Shown piece by piece: positions 39,001 through 53,300 of a stretch of DNA of 64,000 bases. Each line of letters starts with the position of its first letter. Positions within the stretch are counted from its first letter, which is position 1. The notes beneath the pieces were generated by a model. It had not been told where the DNA came from. It searched no databases and was given only the letters and a program-made list of their open reading frames with translations. The position numbers and the translations under genes were made by a program. The stretch is from Amphiscolops sp. MND2022 (taxonomy: Eukaryota). Location: NCBI GenBank assembly GCA_964187785.1, contig OZ076409.1:4900001-4964000 (forward strand), in the 5' to 3' direction.

Positions 39001-41316
39001 CAAAACCTCTATATCATTGCAGCTTTGAGAAAATTTTCAACCGGTCGACTGCGATAGTGACTGGTATAAGTAGTTTGGTGGTTGTTTTTTGTTACTGGGT
39101 TAGTGGCTGGTATAGGGTTCCCTACTTTCGTTGCAGGCCACGGATGTGTGTCTTCTCCCCCCAACATGATGATACACATGGCACTTGATTGATGACGAAG
39201 ATCCATGATATCTGATAGAGGAAGAAATAGAAGCGAGGAATGAAGAATAAAAAAGGCTTGAGAAGTGTATTCAAGTTTCCATTGAGTTTATTGGACGTTG
39301 TAATTATTTTGCATTTTTAAACCAGTTTTTTCACCAGATTATTCTCCTTTAACGATAATAATTACCGTCGAACCAAATTCATGTTAAAATTAAATTGCCT
39401 GGGAGGCCCGTGTTGCATTGAGGTCGTGTCAGAAAAATAGGGTGTCATTCCCGCTGCAATTAATAACGTTGTCAATAACGCTCCCATGAAAATGTTGAAA
39501 ACCATAGCAAGTGGAGGGAAATATACAAATCTTTCCAGATTTATATGCACAAAACGGTCATCGTAGCACTATTCTTTCTATTCATACCAAATTCGTCGAG
39601 CAGTTTTTGGCCCAATTCGTTTAAAGTATTAAATTTTTGAGAATTCTGCAGTTCATTTTTACGTCCCTTATTATCGCGACAAAGTTAACGCGACGTTAAT
39701 AGAATTATCACATCAAGGTCATTGTTTTAATTGATGAAAATACGACGGAATTTCAGTTTTTGGAGCATGTTTCATCAAAAATGATGATTGAACTTAATCT
39801 TTTGCCCGCATTCTAAGGCAACTATTTTGGCCAAATGCGGTTTCTCCTCGCGGGCAGTCTCTGTTGGAGTAAATTCGATAAATTGTAGGTTTTGACACCG
39901 CTAATTAGCGAATTAGTGGCCGCGCGGGACCTTATCAGCGATTTCAATAACGATTCAAATTAGCAGCAACTAATAAAACACACAAAATCAAAAGTTCCTC
40001 AGAATCCTACACCGTTTCAATCTCAATTTAAACTCACCCTTAAAAAGCCCACCTAGAATGAAAAACTCCACTTTTTTGCAAAATCTAAATGAAGATATAA
40101 ATAAATTTAACCACTTTTTCATTCAAGTCGAAATAGAATTTAAACCAAACATCCAATAGTTTGAAAAAAAGTTTCAGCGAAATAGCGAGTTAGAAATGAA
40201 GGGTTGTAGATCACTGAAATCAAAGAGAATACAAAAAATTGAATCAAAACCCTCTGTGATTGTAGAAGGGAGGAAGCTATCAGCTAATGATTGATGTCTT
40301 TATTGCTTGGCAACTGAAGAACACCGAAGTGAAAATCGAAAACCTCCCATTTCTCTCCACATCCTCGCACATTCCTTACCATTTTCACTATATCGATGCC
40401 AAGCACGTCAATCCCAAAAATTAATCTCAATCTTCGTTTTTTAACCCATAAATATATATGAAACCTTTTTTTATATATATCAACGAAGTGTAGATTTTTT
40501 ATACCGATAATGAATCCAAAAATTAGCGATTATATTGGGTGACTGGCCATTTCAGTCTCAAAAATGTGAATTTACGCAGACAATTCGGTCCCTCACTTTG
40601 GTGTCAAAAATGAAATTCATTCCGTCTGGTTAATTAAATTGTTGGGATGTAATTTTTCGGTAATCATACCCTATTATGATAGTTTGAAAAATCATTTGAC
40701 ACCGTACTTGCTATTGATTTAATTTCAGAAAGCGCACCCTGGAACTCACAAATCACATAAACGATTCGTATCACAGGCGAAATGAGCTTTTATCAGGCAA
40801 TAAAATTTATTGGGTCAAAAACAGGCCAAAATTGAATAGATATTTGGGACTCAAATATATGGGTCTAGAATACCTGGACATGATTGCATTACGATATCAC
40901 TGCATATGTGGCCTTAAGGCATGGTCCCATTTTCTCATGATTCAAAAATGTCTCTAATCTGTAGTTTAATAAAGTATCCCAGAATCTTCGCATACTGAAT
41001 GAAGTTCGCGTTCTTTATCTTTGTTTCTATTTGCTTGAGAAGACCTCAAGATGTATTCTGTTCAAATACTTCTTTCACTGTGGATTTGGTCAAGTATGGG
41101 TAAAGTTGATCCGGTTTTAACCACAAATGTGAACATGCAAACGCACTGATAAATGGCCTAGCTTAGAAAAGAGCTTATGTAAACTGTTGAGACGTTTGTC
41201 AAGATAATTGTCTTTGTTCTCAAATACCACACTGATAAAACTCGAGTCATTTGATTTTGCCGAGATTATATTGAATTCCTTTATTTCAAAACGAATTGAT
41301 TTGTGTGAAAGTTGAT

Positions 41317-41365
41317 ATGAAGTTTTATATTGTCGCCTTACTCGGCGTCTTCATTGGCCAACAAG
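41317..41365 (+). CDS. Exon 1, signal peptide MKFYIVALLGVFIGQQ
   Basis: ATG-Lys-hydrophobic run; donor AAG|GTTTGT, phase 1. Confidence 0.7.
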
Positions 41366-44300
41366 GTTTGTTTTTTCGATTGTTTTTCTACGAATTATTT
41401 TGAATTGTTTCCCCGTTTTTGAGATATTTCACAAGTTAGTCTACACGTTTATGCTTTCAATCAAAAAATATATAAGCTAGAATTTCAATCGACGATGTTT
41501 CTACGGGGTTTCAATCTATCAATTGATATCAAGAAGTTCGGACCAGAACGGTGTGACTCGCTATCAAAAAATCGCTTCTAGCTATTGCTGCTAATTTGCT
41601 TACCGTTACCGCTAATGATTTTTGCGATCGCGAAAAATAAGAACGATGAAAACTCAAGGTGATCAGTTTGATTTTTATGTTTCCATCTGTTTACCTGCTT
41701 GAATGAACTGCTTCTATTAATTTTATAACACTGTTGTTTTTTATATAGAAACGTGAATTCACCATCTTCGCTGAAGTAAAAAAAAGTTTGATTTTACTTT
41801 GTTATCATTATATTCGACAAGTTTTAAGGACCTAGCCGACTCCTTTTTGCAGTTTTCAAAGCGCCTGTGACAGAAAAAAGCGCTCTCTGCAGCACTTGTT
41901 GGTTGGTACACAGGCCAAAACCGTTTGAATGAGGTCTGTCAACGTATTCGTTTCTTGGCATCCCCAGTGATGCTCCAAAGTCACGTTAGTGACTGGGAAA
42001 TGAACAAAGGCCACGAATTAAGACCATAATGGCTGAATTGAATTATACCAACGCTATCTCTGGCTATTGGAATTTCAATGAGCTGTCGTTGGCCAATCAA
42101 ATTCAGCTAATAGCGGCGCTATCGCACCTAGGATGCTACCAGGACATTTGCCACTACGCAAAGAGCAATTGAGACCCATTAGCAGAATTATGAGAACAAT
42201 CAAGTTTGCTGGAATTTAGCACAAAAATTTGCAAAATATCCTTTAATCTTTAATATAGTCGTGAACTATGGATTCGCTAGTGCTTTTAGATTCAAATTCA
42301 GAGAAATTGTCCCATAGTGAACAGATTGTATTCCCATAGTTAGATTTAGTAGCAAACTACTTAGTAGCTAATAGACCCTACTAGCAAACGCCCTGTAACC
42401 GATATCGAAATGATATTTAATATATCCTCTGTCGTATAGTTAATGTCGAAAATGACTGTTCAAAAAAAACTTTTCATTCCGAGCGGTTTCAATTTTCAGT
42501 TTATGGCCAAGAATGCGATTCACTCATCAAACTGACCAAAGATGACGATTTCAACGCCTGTGTCTTATCAGGTGAGTAGTTCCTTCAATCATACACATCT
42601 GCATTCGTTTTTTGTTGTAGTACATGTATCCCCTATGCCTGAGGGGATGTCGCGCACTTAAGCGTCAAATAGACCATTTTGAGTCTTCCATCGCGGCAAC
42701 AGTGCAGGAGCGAAGGCTGTCGTGAATTGAGACAATCCCTAATTGGGTGCATATCCGGAACCTAGTTTTTCAACCATTTCAATAAATTTTGGTGTTTTGT
42801 TTTGTAAATCTGTCCTCCACTTGATGAGGTTTTCAATATTTGTATATGCGGGGACCGTTACTGACACTGCAAGGAGGCTCTGCAGCTTGCAGCGATTCGG
42901 CACTATCTCATTCCTCAGTTTAAAAATTGCCCCTTTGAACTCTGGGCCATCATTCCTGTTGCAGACCAACATAGTTTCGCTTCGCACGGTCCCCATTTTG
43001 TGAAAAGAAGAAATAGGAAGTACATGTATGTTTCATTTGTTTTTCCAAATCAAAGTTGAAGAATGGTTAAGCCGGTAATTTTGCATCCATTCGAAAATCC
43101 TGGAGTTTGAAAATCCTGGAATCACTTGAATTCTCTACAAAATGCATGGTATGTCATCCATGTTTGTTTTCCGAATTTTCAAAAATTTTTCATCGAAATT
43201 GTAGAATGATTTTATCATTTTCTTATAAAACGTTTATAACGATAAGAATGCGCCATTTCCGAATTATTCACATCGCTCCTGAGATTGTATTTTGCCGAGA
43301 CGAAGGTAAGAAAAATACTTTTTTGAATTGCCATTCTGTGACTTTATATACATTTTTACATGAACTAGTTTTCGGAGACTTTTTTACATTTAAGTATCAC
43401 TTTTTGGCGCACAATAAAACTGGAAGGTGTCTGAAGCTTTCTCTGAAGGCATGCTAGCAGAATATACAAAAAATCGCAGTGCTACTGCGTCTCTTGTCAA
43501 TCATCCTTTAAATGTGGAAAATAAATTCAAGGCTTTGTTTGAATCGTAAGGAAAATGCTCAACAAGACGGGAACGTCTAAAGTCGGCGCCATATCTAAGG
43601 CTCAAAAAGCTCAAACTTTTTGAAATTGTAAAAGGGGGGACCCTTTGGGTTTTTTGAAAAAAAAAGAAAAATCGAAAAATCAGAATTTTGAGCCAGTCTC
43701 CTAGTGCCGAAAAACTTGAAAAGGGAGACCCTTTGGGCTTTTTGAAACTTCAATTTGTTGTAAAATATCGAAAAAACTTGAAGGGGGACCCTTTGGAGCC
43801 AAAAAAATTTCGAAAAGTCGCACAGTGCCGAAAAAAACTCAAACCCTATAGTCTTGTCCTGTTTTGTATCTTACGATAAAAATGGAGTAACTGAAAGGGG
43901 GGACCCTTTGCACTATCCTAAATGCGCTCCCCGTTTGCCTTTGCCGGTCCAGTAGTTTAGTACTGTATTTAGTAGTTGAACCTTAATTTTAACGTTCGTC
44001 GCTTCGAAACTGTCTTAAAGAAAAAAAACGAGTGACTGTAATAGTCGGGCTCTTTTATTTATAAAAGCGCCGACTAAAAACGGCATTCAAGGCTTCCGAA
44101 CAACTCAGTTATCTGTACATACAAGTCCGGGTGAATTTATGTTTCACATTAATCAAACTCTGTTGAGTCCAGGAACCAGAGTTTTAACATCGCTATTTTT
44201 TCTAAACCGCTAACTCCAACATCGCTGTCTCGCCGAAAAACGTTTTTTTAAAAAAAAAAAATCATTTTGAAACTCGTGTATTTTGCGAGCAAAAATAGTC

Positions 44301-47300
44301 AATCTATTAGTTGCCGCTAATAGAATGGCTCGAAAATGTTTTGCGCGGCCGCTAAATCACTGATTAGTGGTGTCAAAACTGCCAGGAATAGATGCGAATA
44401 TAAATTACGAAAAAGTATACCTTTATAGCGGTATTCGGACTCGCGAATTTACAACGGCTCTTTGTCGATTAACGCCTTCACTTATTATCAAAAAGTACAT
44501 TTCAATTTTGTGAAAAAATTCAAAAGGACAGTTATTTATTCTTCGTTTGTACTGTGTCTTTTAATCAATTGAAATACAGTGGATACTTCAAGGTGTCAAA
44601 TTGGACCATTTGGCACAAGGAATGAAATACAAAAGTTGGTTCTTTTTTCAGCGTAACACAACAATACGGAGCGAGACTAAAGGGTCTCTTTCAGCTTTTT
44701 CGGCATTGTGAGACTTTTTTGCGAGAAAAAATTTGATCCCTTCCCTTTTTTGATATTTTGCAACAGATAAATTTTCCTCAATCAACCAATCAAAGCATTG
44801 CGATTGCAGGCGCGTGGAACAAGCCCCTTCTGTACGGGGAGAAGTACGTCGTGGATGTGAACGAGGATTGTGAATGGACTGTGGATGCACTGCCCAAAGT
44901 GAGGAGACTGTTGGAGAGTGGCTCGGACGCTGACGTCATCAAGGACCAGTTCAAGGGCGAGATGTGTGCCAGTCTGCAGAGTGCCGACAAGAAGCAGCTC
45001 TGTGCCGACACCACCGACAAGTACTACAAACGAGTGAGTCGCTTATAGTAATAACAAGCCGGGAACGGCCCAAGTCGGCGCCATATCTAAGGCTCAAAAA
45101 TAACAAAAGGACTTCAAAGTGTCAAGTATTCTCTTCAACAGTACCCGCATGAGGAAAACTTAAAAAAATCCGAATTTTTTTGAATTTTTTTTCGAAATTT
45201 TTTGGTCTCCGGTAAGTCGCATAGTGCCGAAAAATTGTAAAAGGGGCCCTTTGGGAGGTTTTGAACATCCATTCTTATGCAAAATAGAAAAAAATGAAGG
45301 GTGGACCCTTTGGAGACATTAAAAAAATTTGCGAAAAAAGTCTCACAAAGCCGAAAAAAACCTGCACAAAAAAATTTGATCAAGGGCGGGACTCGAACCC
45401 ACGTCCTTCTGCTTGGCAGACCTCAAAAAGCTTAATTAACCTCTATGCCAAGTGCCAGCAGTGATAGCTAGCGTTGCAGTTACTGTTAGCAGCTATTTAT
45501 AACTCTTTATAAAATCTGTCACTTCGTTGGTCTTAAAAAAAAGAAGTCACTACTATAGTCTGCGTTTTTCTTCGAAAAGCGCCGACTAATAATGATGATT
45601 CATTTTATCAGGGGTCAAATACATTCGAATAACAGTTATGTTGATCAACTTGAGGTGGTATGACCTCCCAAAAAGTTTTTGGTTTTTGAAAAAAATTTTG
45701 GGTTGGGAAGTTTGAGCCAGAGTACTACAAGCGAGTGAGTAGAAGTGCACTCCTGCTCGTTTAAAATAGTAAAAACTCATTTTATCAGGAGTCAAAAACA
45801 TTCAAATACTTTTATTGATTATTTTTTCAAAGCGAACGCATCTCCCAAAAAGACCTCTCAAAAAGAAGTTTTTTATTTTTTGGGAAGTTTGAACCAGAGT
45901 ACTACAAACGAGTAAGTGCTTCCTTTTCGGGTACGTGTTAGTATTTCTGCGATAGCGGGAATGATATGGAAACTGGAGGGAGATTTTTTTCAGCGGAGTT
46001 TGTTCATTAACCGAATACCTATTAAAAAAGGTTCAGATACTTGTTCAACAGAGAGTATAAGCGCGAGATTTAAATTTCTCGAGTATTCTACTACGAGTGA
46101 GTCGCCTATAATAATAAACAATTTTTTTCAGGAGTCAAATACAGTTTTATTGATTACAGAACACATCTCCCAAAAACAAGTTTACGATATTTTGGAAAGT
46201 TTGAGCCAATAGGACAAAGTATGAGATAAGTGTCTCCAATGTGACAGAATACAAGGAGAATTTTAAACGGTTTTTTCGTCTCTTATGATGTATTTTTTTC
46301 ATACAATCTTTTTCAAGATTTCAATTTCTTTACAATCTCTCCAAGATTTCATTCAAATTCAAACAATAACCAAATGAATTAAATTATTATTACACCAATT
46401 TTACTTTGAATGAAGCATCTTAACACTTTGTGTGAATCCACCAATGAAATTGAGTCGTATCCTTATCATAGCGTAGCTCTAATTTTCCACATTGAGTGAA
46501 ATAATATCCCTTCAAGTGAGCTCTAGCTGCGAACGGAGGAAAGCGATGCAAAACAATTTCATTTGATATGAATTAAATTCCAGTTTGAATGATTCGATCG
46601 CTGAGAATATAACTTTCAGTAAGCAGCGAGAAAAAACTGTAACCGAGCCTAACAAATTTTTTGAGATCAACAACGGCTACGTTTGTTTTCATTTTCCGAT
46701 ATTCCTTTGGTGAGTGATTCTTTTTTCATTTCAAATTGAGATTGAGTTGACAAACTTTTGATTGGTTTCGCAAAGTTTGTTAATTCTTTAGATTCACGTG
46801 AAATCTGATTCACTTCAGATACAGTACTGTGATTAAGAAATCGTCTCCCTATGCGCTGAGCACGGTGGTCAACCGAAAAATACTAGATAAAAAGACTAAT
46901 GTGAACTAGTTGAATTTCTAAGAAACTTTCGTTTCTTACGGTTTTCAATCTTTCCAACCGATTTCGAGAAAATCTAGCCTAAAATCGCCCGAGGGACGTT
47001 TTCTTAATCACAGTACTGTATTTTGGAATTGAATTGCTTTTTTTGTTTCGAGTCGTTTTTAATTGGCTGCCAACGCCGCTTCGGTATTCAACTAAATTGA
47101 GATGCTCTTCAATTAAATTGAAATTGGTCTATTATTGCTTTGATTGCGTGTTTAGGTGATTGTGCTTCTGTTCCTGGGAGTGCCGGACGAGAGGATCGCT
47201 GGTCTGCTGGGAGTGTGCAACAAGATGGGTGCCAAGTGTGACAATGCATTCGCCGTCTGTGATAACCTCAAGACCGCCAAGGTTCGTTTCCTTCCCAGTC

Positions 47301-50300
47301 TCTTTTCTCTTTTGTTTCTCTTGATGAACCTCGACAGTGCTTTCGTCCCCAAATGAGGACAGCGATTTTTTTCACAATCAATAAAATATTACGAAACGCA
47401 AAAAGCATATAGGAAAACGAAGTTTTGTTTTTCTAATCAACAATCTATTGGACTACCTGGGGCGAGTTGTTATTTGTGTCAATATAGTCTGTTTTCCGAA
47501 CCACCGGCAAAAAGGTAACTAGAAAAAAGTGAAAATTTGCAAAAAAATACTTTTCAGAAAATTAACTTTCTCAATGCCACAGCAACTGTTTGCTAAGTTA
47601 CTGTCACACTCTAGTAACACAGTTTGCCACCATTGAAACCGCATATAGAAGTTTTTTTAATGAAGCTTCAGCAAAAAGTTCGAGTGGCATTTGAAAGGCC
47701 CGGCGAAGCTTTTTCAACTTTTTCACTTTTTCAACTTCTCGGTGTACTGTCGAGGTTAAGTATGATCAGAGTTGAAACCGGGCCGGGCCTGTGTTTCTAT
47801 AGGTGTAGAGCAGGAAATGTCCGAATTAAACTCATTTCACAGAAATGTTACTAGGAGTTTCAAAACCATTGACCGGGCCTGGGTATTCGGGCCCGGTTCC
47901 AACTCTGATTATGATGCTTAATTATTCTGTGAAGAAAATAGTTAATTTCTTGTTCGTTTAGTTTGTTAGTTTTAGAGCCCGAATGTTGATGTTACCCATT
48001 TTCGACTACTTATGCAATCGTACCATTTTTGTCTCGACCTTTCAATGAAAAATTTAAATTTTTCAAACTGTCCATACGATGGCATCAAAACGCATGACTG
48101 GAATGTAAGAAACATAGCCAAAAATGGCCAAAAACAGCCATTTTGGGACTTTTTTCGATTTTCCGAAAAACTGTCGATACGATTCGAACGAAACTTTCCT
48201 CAGTCATAATACACCATATTATGGTCCTATGTGTGCAATGGCATCAAAATTGTATGCCTGGGATCTGAGAAACATAGCCAAAATCAAAGATTATGATAAA
48301 AGATTATTATTTTTAGTCGTGTGCGCGATCGAAGCAGTGCATGCAATGGATGTGGACTACCCCTGAGTTCGTACAGACAGTCTCCCAGCTCGGGGACGAC
48401 TCGTTCATGTGCACCGAGTGCCAGGCGCTGGTCTCCGAGTTGCAACAGATGCTGCAGAATGGGGCCACCCGACAGGAGATCATCGACGACGCTGACAACA
48501 TCTGCGAACGCTTCTTCTCCAACGACCAGTGCGAGGAGTACGTGGGCGAAGTCATCGGGGTTAGTTAGATCTAAGCATCTACTCTGTCCTTCTAGTCTAG
48601 ACTGAGTTGAAACAAGACGGGACCGGCATAAGTCGGCGCCATATCTAAGGCTCAAAAATAGCAAAAGGACTTCATAGTGTCAAAGTATTCTCTTCTACAG
48701 TACCTGGAAAATCCAAAAAGTTGAACCGAATTAGCCCGCCGGGCGCGGGGGGGTTTCGCTGTAATTTTTCATCCATTCTGTCGCAAATCATCAAAAAAAC
48801 TGAAGGGTCCCTTTGGGGAATTTTTTTTCGAAAAACAGTCTCACAATGCCGAATAAACTGAAAAAAGGATTCTTTAGTCTCTCCCGGTATTGTATGTTAC
48901 GAGGAAAAACCTTTTTGGTTCAGTTCGCTAGGCAAAATGATTCAATTTGGGACCATAAAATTTCGTAGAACTTTTAGAGACTATAATAGTCGTCGGGAAC
49001 GTCTGAAGTCGGCGCTGCATCTAAGGTTGAGAAAGCGCATTTTTAAAATATGCACAGGACGAAATTTCGAGAAACCCAAACGACCGAACTGGTCCATTTT
49101 TTTTTGAAAATTTTCGAAAATCGACAATTGAGAGTTTTGAAGTGTGTCACAGTGTCGAAAAATGTAAAAGGTGGACCTTTGGGATTTTTTAACATCCATC
49201 CTGTTGCAAATATCAAAAAAATTGTAGGGGAACCTTTTGGTGCAATCCAAAAATTTTTGAAAAAAGTCTCATAGTGCCGAAAAAATAAAAAACCAAGATA
49301 GTCGAAATGAGGATCTTAAGTATGTTCTCGAGGTTCTGGACTTCGGTTTTGTTTTGGACGGGGTTCTGTCGTTTACAGTATGTTTTAGACATCCGTAGTT
49401 CAAGAGCAACATATGTTAATTAGTTAATCAGTAAGTTCTCAGATAAGTAAGGCTTGTTCGTGCATACAAGTTCATGAACATTGACAGAAAAGTGCAATGG
49501 CTCTGCGATGTTTTCCATCGTTTTTGAGAAAAGCTTCATTTATAAACCTTCCATTCTTTAGAACTTGCAAAAAAAAATTAATTTTTCTTGAAAAACATGC
49601 TTTCCAGGTTACTTATTTTTATTTTTTTTTCGGTATGAACGTTTGAACCTCGCTGGTATAGGGGCAAAGGGACAGAGGTTATTTTGAAAATTAAATAATT
49701 GAATATTCAAAGTGTATCTTTTCCTAAACGCTGTTAATTCTGATCAACACGACGAAATCTCCGCCTGCCGGGTTGGGTTTCTTCTGGAAATGTGTGGTGG
49801 TTGTTTTCAGGAGATTTTGATGTTGCTGGAGAATGACGTCACGCCCGTGCAAGTGTGTTCTCTGATCGAGATGTGTCAGGAAAACAAGGAGTTCAACTGT
49901 GAGGCAGACTTAGTCACTCTCTGCCAGAACCCAGAACACGCAAAGGTCAGTACAGCAGTCACAACTTACAAACTCCGTTAGTTATAACGTATCGATGCGC
50001 TTAATAGGACTTATAGTTCGATGTAACATAAATTCATTGTAGAAATTTTATTACGAGCAACATTTCTGTCTTAATCAGGGTTTCGACATCGCTGTTTTTT
50101 CGCTAAACCGCTAATTTCAAGCTCGCTATTTCGCTGAATCATTTTTTCGTCAAACTATTGAATGCATGACTTGGAGTACCTTTTCAAATCAAATGATAAC
50201 TTGCTTTCAGTTTTTGTACGAAAAAAGATTTGAGTTTCTATTCTATGTGAGTCTTATAAAGAAAGGTAAGTTCTAGAAATCTTCGAAATTCATTTTGACA

Positions 50301-53300
50301 ACCCATGTATGTATAACAAGAGAAAAATTTGATTTTGGACATCTTGATAGTTGCTGCTAAATTGAACCGCTAATGAAATCGCTAAAAATTTCGCTAAATC
50401 GCTAACTAGAGGTGTGAAAACTCTGGTCTTAATGTTCAAAAATGTTGTTATAACCGAAATACCCGAAAATTTATCACAAAGATTACTTACAAGACTCGAA
50501 TTTTTCGACCGTTGGCCCTGATCTGAGTTTATTAGTTTTTTTCCCTAGGCGTGTGAGTTGGTGGCGGTGTGTGAGGACGTGCGCAGCTACCGGAGAGACC
50601 AGGAGTCGCTGGCCTCCATCTCGGACGAGGTCATCTGTGAGGGGTGCGAGGCGCTGATGGCCACTGTAAAGGAGTACCTGGCCAACGACGAGGTTGTGCA
50701 GTACATCGAGAAGGAGGCCGACCAGCTGTGCCAGTACTGTCCGGAACAACAGGAGTGCGAGAATGCCATCAATACCTACTTGCCAGTGAGTGTAGACATC
50801 ATCTATTGTAACTACTGTTCTAGTGCAATAACTTTCATTGTGTATGAGGGAGGAAATCATTCTGTGTTGCGTTTTTTTCTGCCAAATCACCACTCCAGTT
50901 AGTTAGTCACTGTTCTAGTTACTATGGCTCAGTTGGTAGTGCATCCGCCTGTCAAGCAGTAGATAGTCGGTTTGAATCTCGCCTTCGCCTGACTTTTTTG
51001 AGAAGGCGGAAAATATCCCGGTGCTTAGCGGGCGTCTTGTTTATTTATTAAACATAAAAAATGCTTTTGTTACTGTTTAGGAACCGGAAAAAATTTCGAC
51101 TTATGCAATTGTATCATTTTCTCCCGACCTTCCAATGAAATCCAACGAATAGAAATGTAACCATGGTAACTAAATATTAACCATGTGCGTGGGAGACATC
51201 TGCCTAGGAATAATATAGAAGTTGGAAGGCAAAGTTTTTTGAGCCAACTCTGTTCGCGATCCCAGTAGCTACTGAGAAAGATTCAGATATTTTGTTTGGC
51301 AGTGAGTATAAGCGTGAGATTTAAATTTCTCAAGCTGCCGACGACATTCCAATTCTCGTGCGATGGAACGAGCGAATGTTAATTATGCATTCGTACGCTG
51401 ACGTCAGTGAGATGAAGCGAGCGAATGTTTGTAATTATGCTTTCGTACGCCGAGTTATTGAGATGGAGCGAACGAGTGTTAATTATTCGTTCGCCGAGAG
51501 CTTCGCCTGCATTCAAATGCGAAACTTCGTCTACGCTATTAGATATAGTTTCTTTAGTCCGAGAAGAATTAAAGGCGGTGTGAACTGGTAGTAATTAATT
51601 GTGCGCTATTGAAATGAATAAGATATGCTTCTGTTATTGAAGATGAAATCCTAAAAGCAGAAGTAATTCTGTGCCCCGCAGGGGCCTCTTTTTGCACATT
51701 ACCAAGTCAATGTGCATTGCAGTCCAGCTAACTAAGTTTTTTGCCACAATAGTCAACTTCATAATGAGCGCCTTTTAGAAAAAAGCCAAAACCCCAGAGA
51801 GATTCGAACATGCAGCCTCCCGATTGCACGGCATAAGTGTTGACCACTGTGCCATAGGGACGTTATTGAACAAAGTTGAACTGTTGAATATATACGTATG
51901 CGATTAAAATAATATATATACGCATATTAAAATAATCGATGTCTTCGTCATGTGTTGCGAAGCACCGCTTCGCCTCTGTGTCCAAAATTGGTATTCGTTC
52001 CGTTTGGGATTTACTGAGGAAAGGTAGTTCCCCTTCCTCGAGGGGTTGGAGATGAACCTATTCTGAACTGGTTTTACGATTATTGTGCTTACTATGATCC
52101 ATAGTGTGATCTTTTCAAAAAAGTGAGTGCCAATAAGTATAAATAACTACATGTATTGTTACCATTTTAGTTATGCTAGGGTGTAAACATACAAATTGAC
52201 TAACCTCATAGCATTTCTTGTTAGAAATAAAATTACTATGGTTTCAAAATGTGTCCATTCAATTAGTCAAGCTAAGCTTACAAACCTTTGGAAAAAGCTT
52301 GCATTGCTTAGATGATAGAATGAGGTGTTTAAAAATCAGGTGTACCGATGACAAAATCAGTTCATGAAACATCAAACTTTAAATAAAAAAAATAGAGCCA
52401 ACTTTTGAGAAAAAAGCAGTTTACACTCAAGCTTACTCGTTTTCTTAGAAATATGCAGTTGAAAATGCAGAAAGACAAAGCTAAAAAAATGCAGAAATAT
52501 GCAAAACTACGTCCCGCATATTCCTGACAGCTGTGATTGAAAGTCATTTGTATTGTTTCATTATTTTCCGCCCACATTTTATGGAGGAGGAAAATCATAA
52601 TTTATATTGTTTTTTTTACAAATTCTGCGAAATCTTTTTATAACTCCATTTAGTAAATTTGTAGTGTCACCATGGCGCAGCTGATTGTGCGTCTGCTTGG
52701 CAGATACGAGGTCGTGGGTTCGAACCCGTGGTGATGCGTTACATTTTTAACGGAAAATATCTTTGGTGCTTAGTGGGCTTCTTGTTTAGCAAATCATCGC
52801 ATTGGTGCAGAACTACCTGCAGCCAGTGGAGGTGTGCAAGGCGCTGGGACTGTGTGGACAAGAGACCTCTGCCATCACCAACCACCTCCTCACCCCCGAC
52901 AACTTCCGTGCTGTCATCCCAGACTACGCTGTCCGATGTCCCAACGGAGAAGGTACGAGTTGCATGAAAAGAGTCGCCACAAATTGGTGCTTTTTGGAAT
53001 CGAAAAATAGGCATACACTCAGTTTTTTTATGAGAACACTTTTATCAGAACACCAGCCTCAGAGAGTTAAAAAAAATTAAGAACATTTTAAAAACACAGC
53101 CGGGGCTCAAATTGCAATTCATTTGGAAACAACTTCAAGTTACAACAAAATAAACAGCACCTTCAATATCAAAGATTAATAGAGTCATTTTAGTTATCTT
53201 GGTACTCAATTTTTTAGTCGGCGTTTTCGAAGAAAATCCCGACTCTTACAGTGGCTAGTTTTTTTTCGTCAGTTCAACGCGTAACGTCCACTTTTTTGTT

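Noticed and set aside
46793..46802. TCACGTGA CLEAR/E-box motif in a lysosomal-type gene
   Set aside because: Single intronic hit over 5 kb from the start codon; no cluster near exon 1
52666..52750. Possible tRNA genes here and at 50915 and 60460
   Set aside because: No clean cloverleaf; copies share a non-tRNA tail, so SINEs
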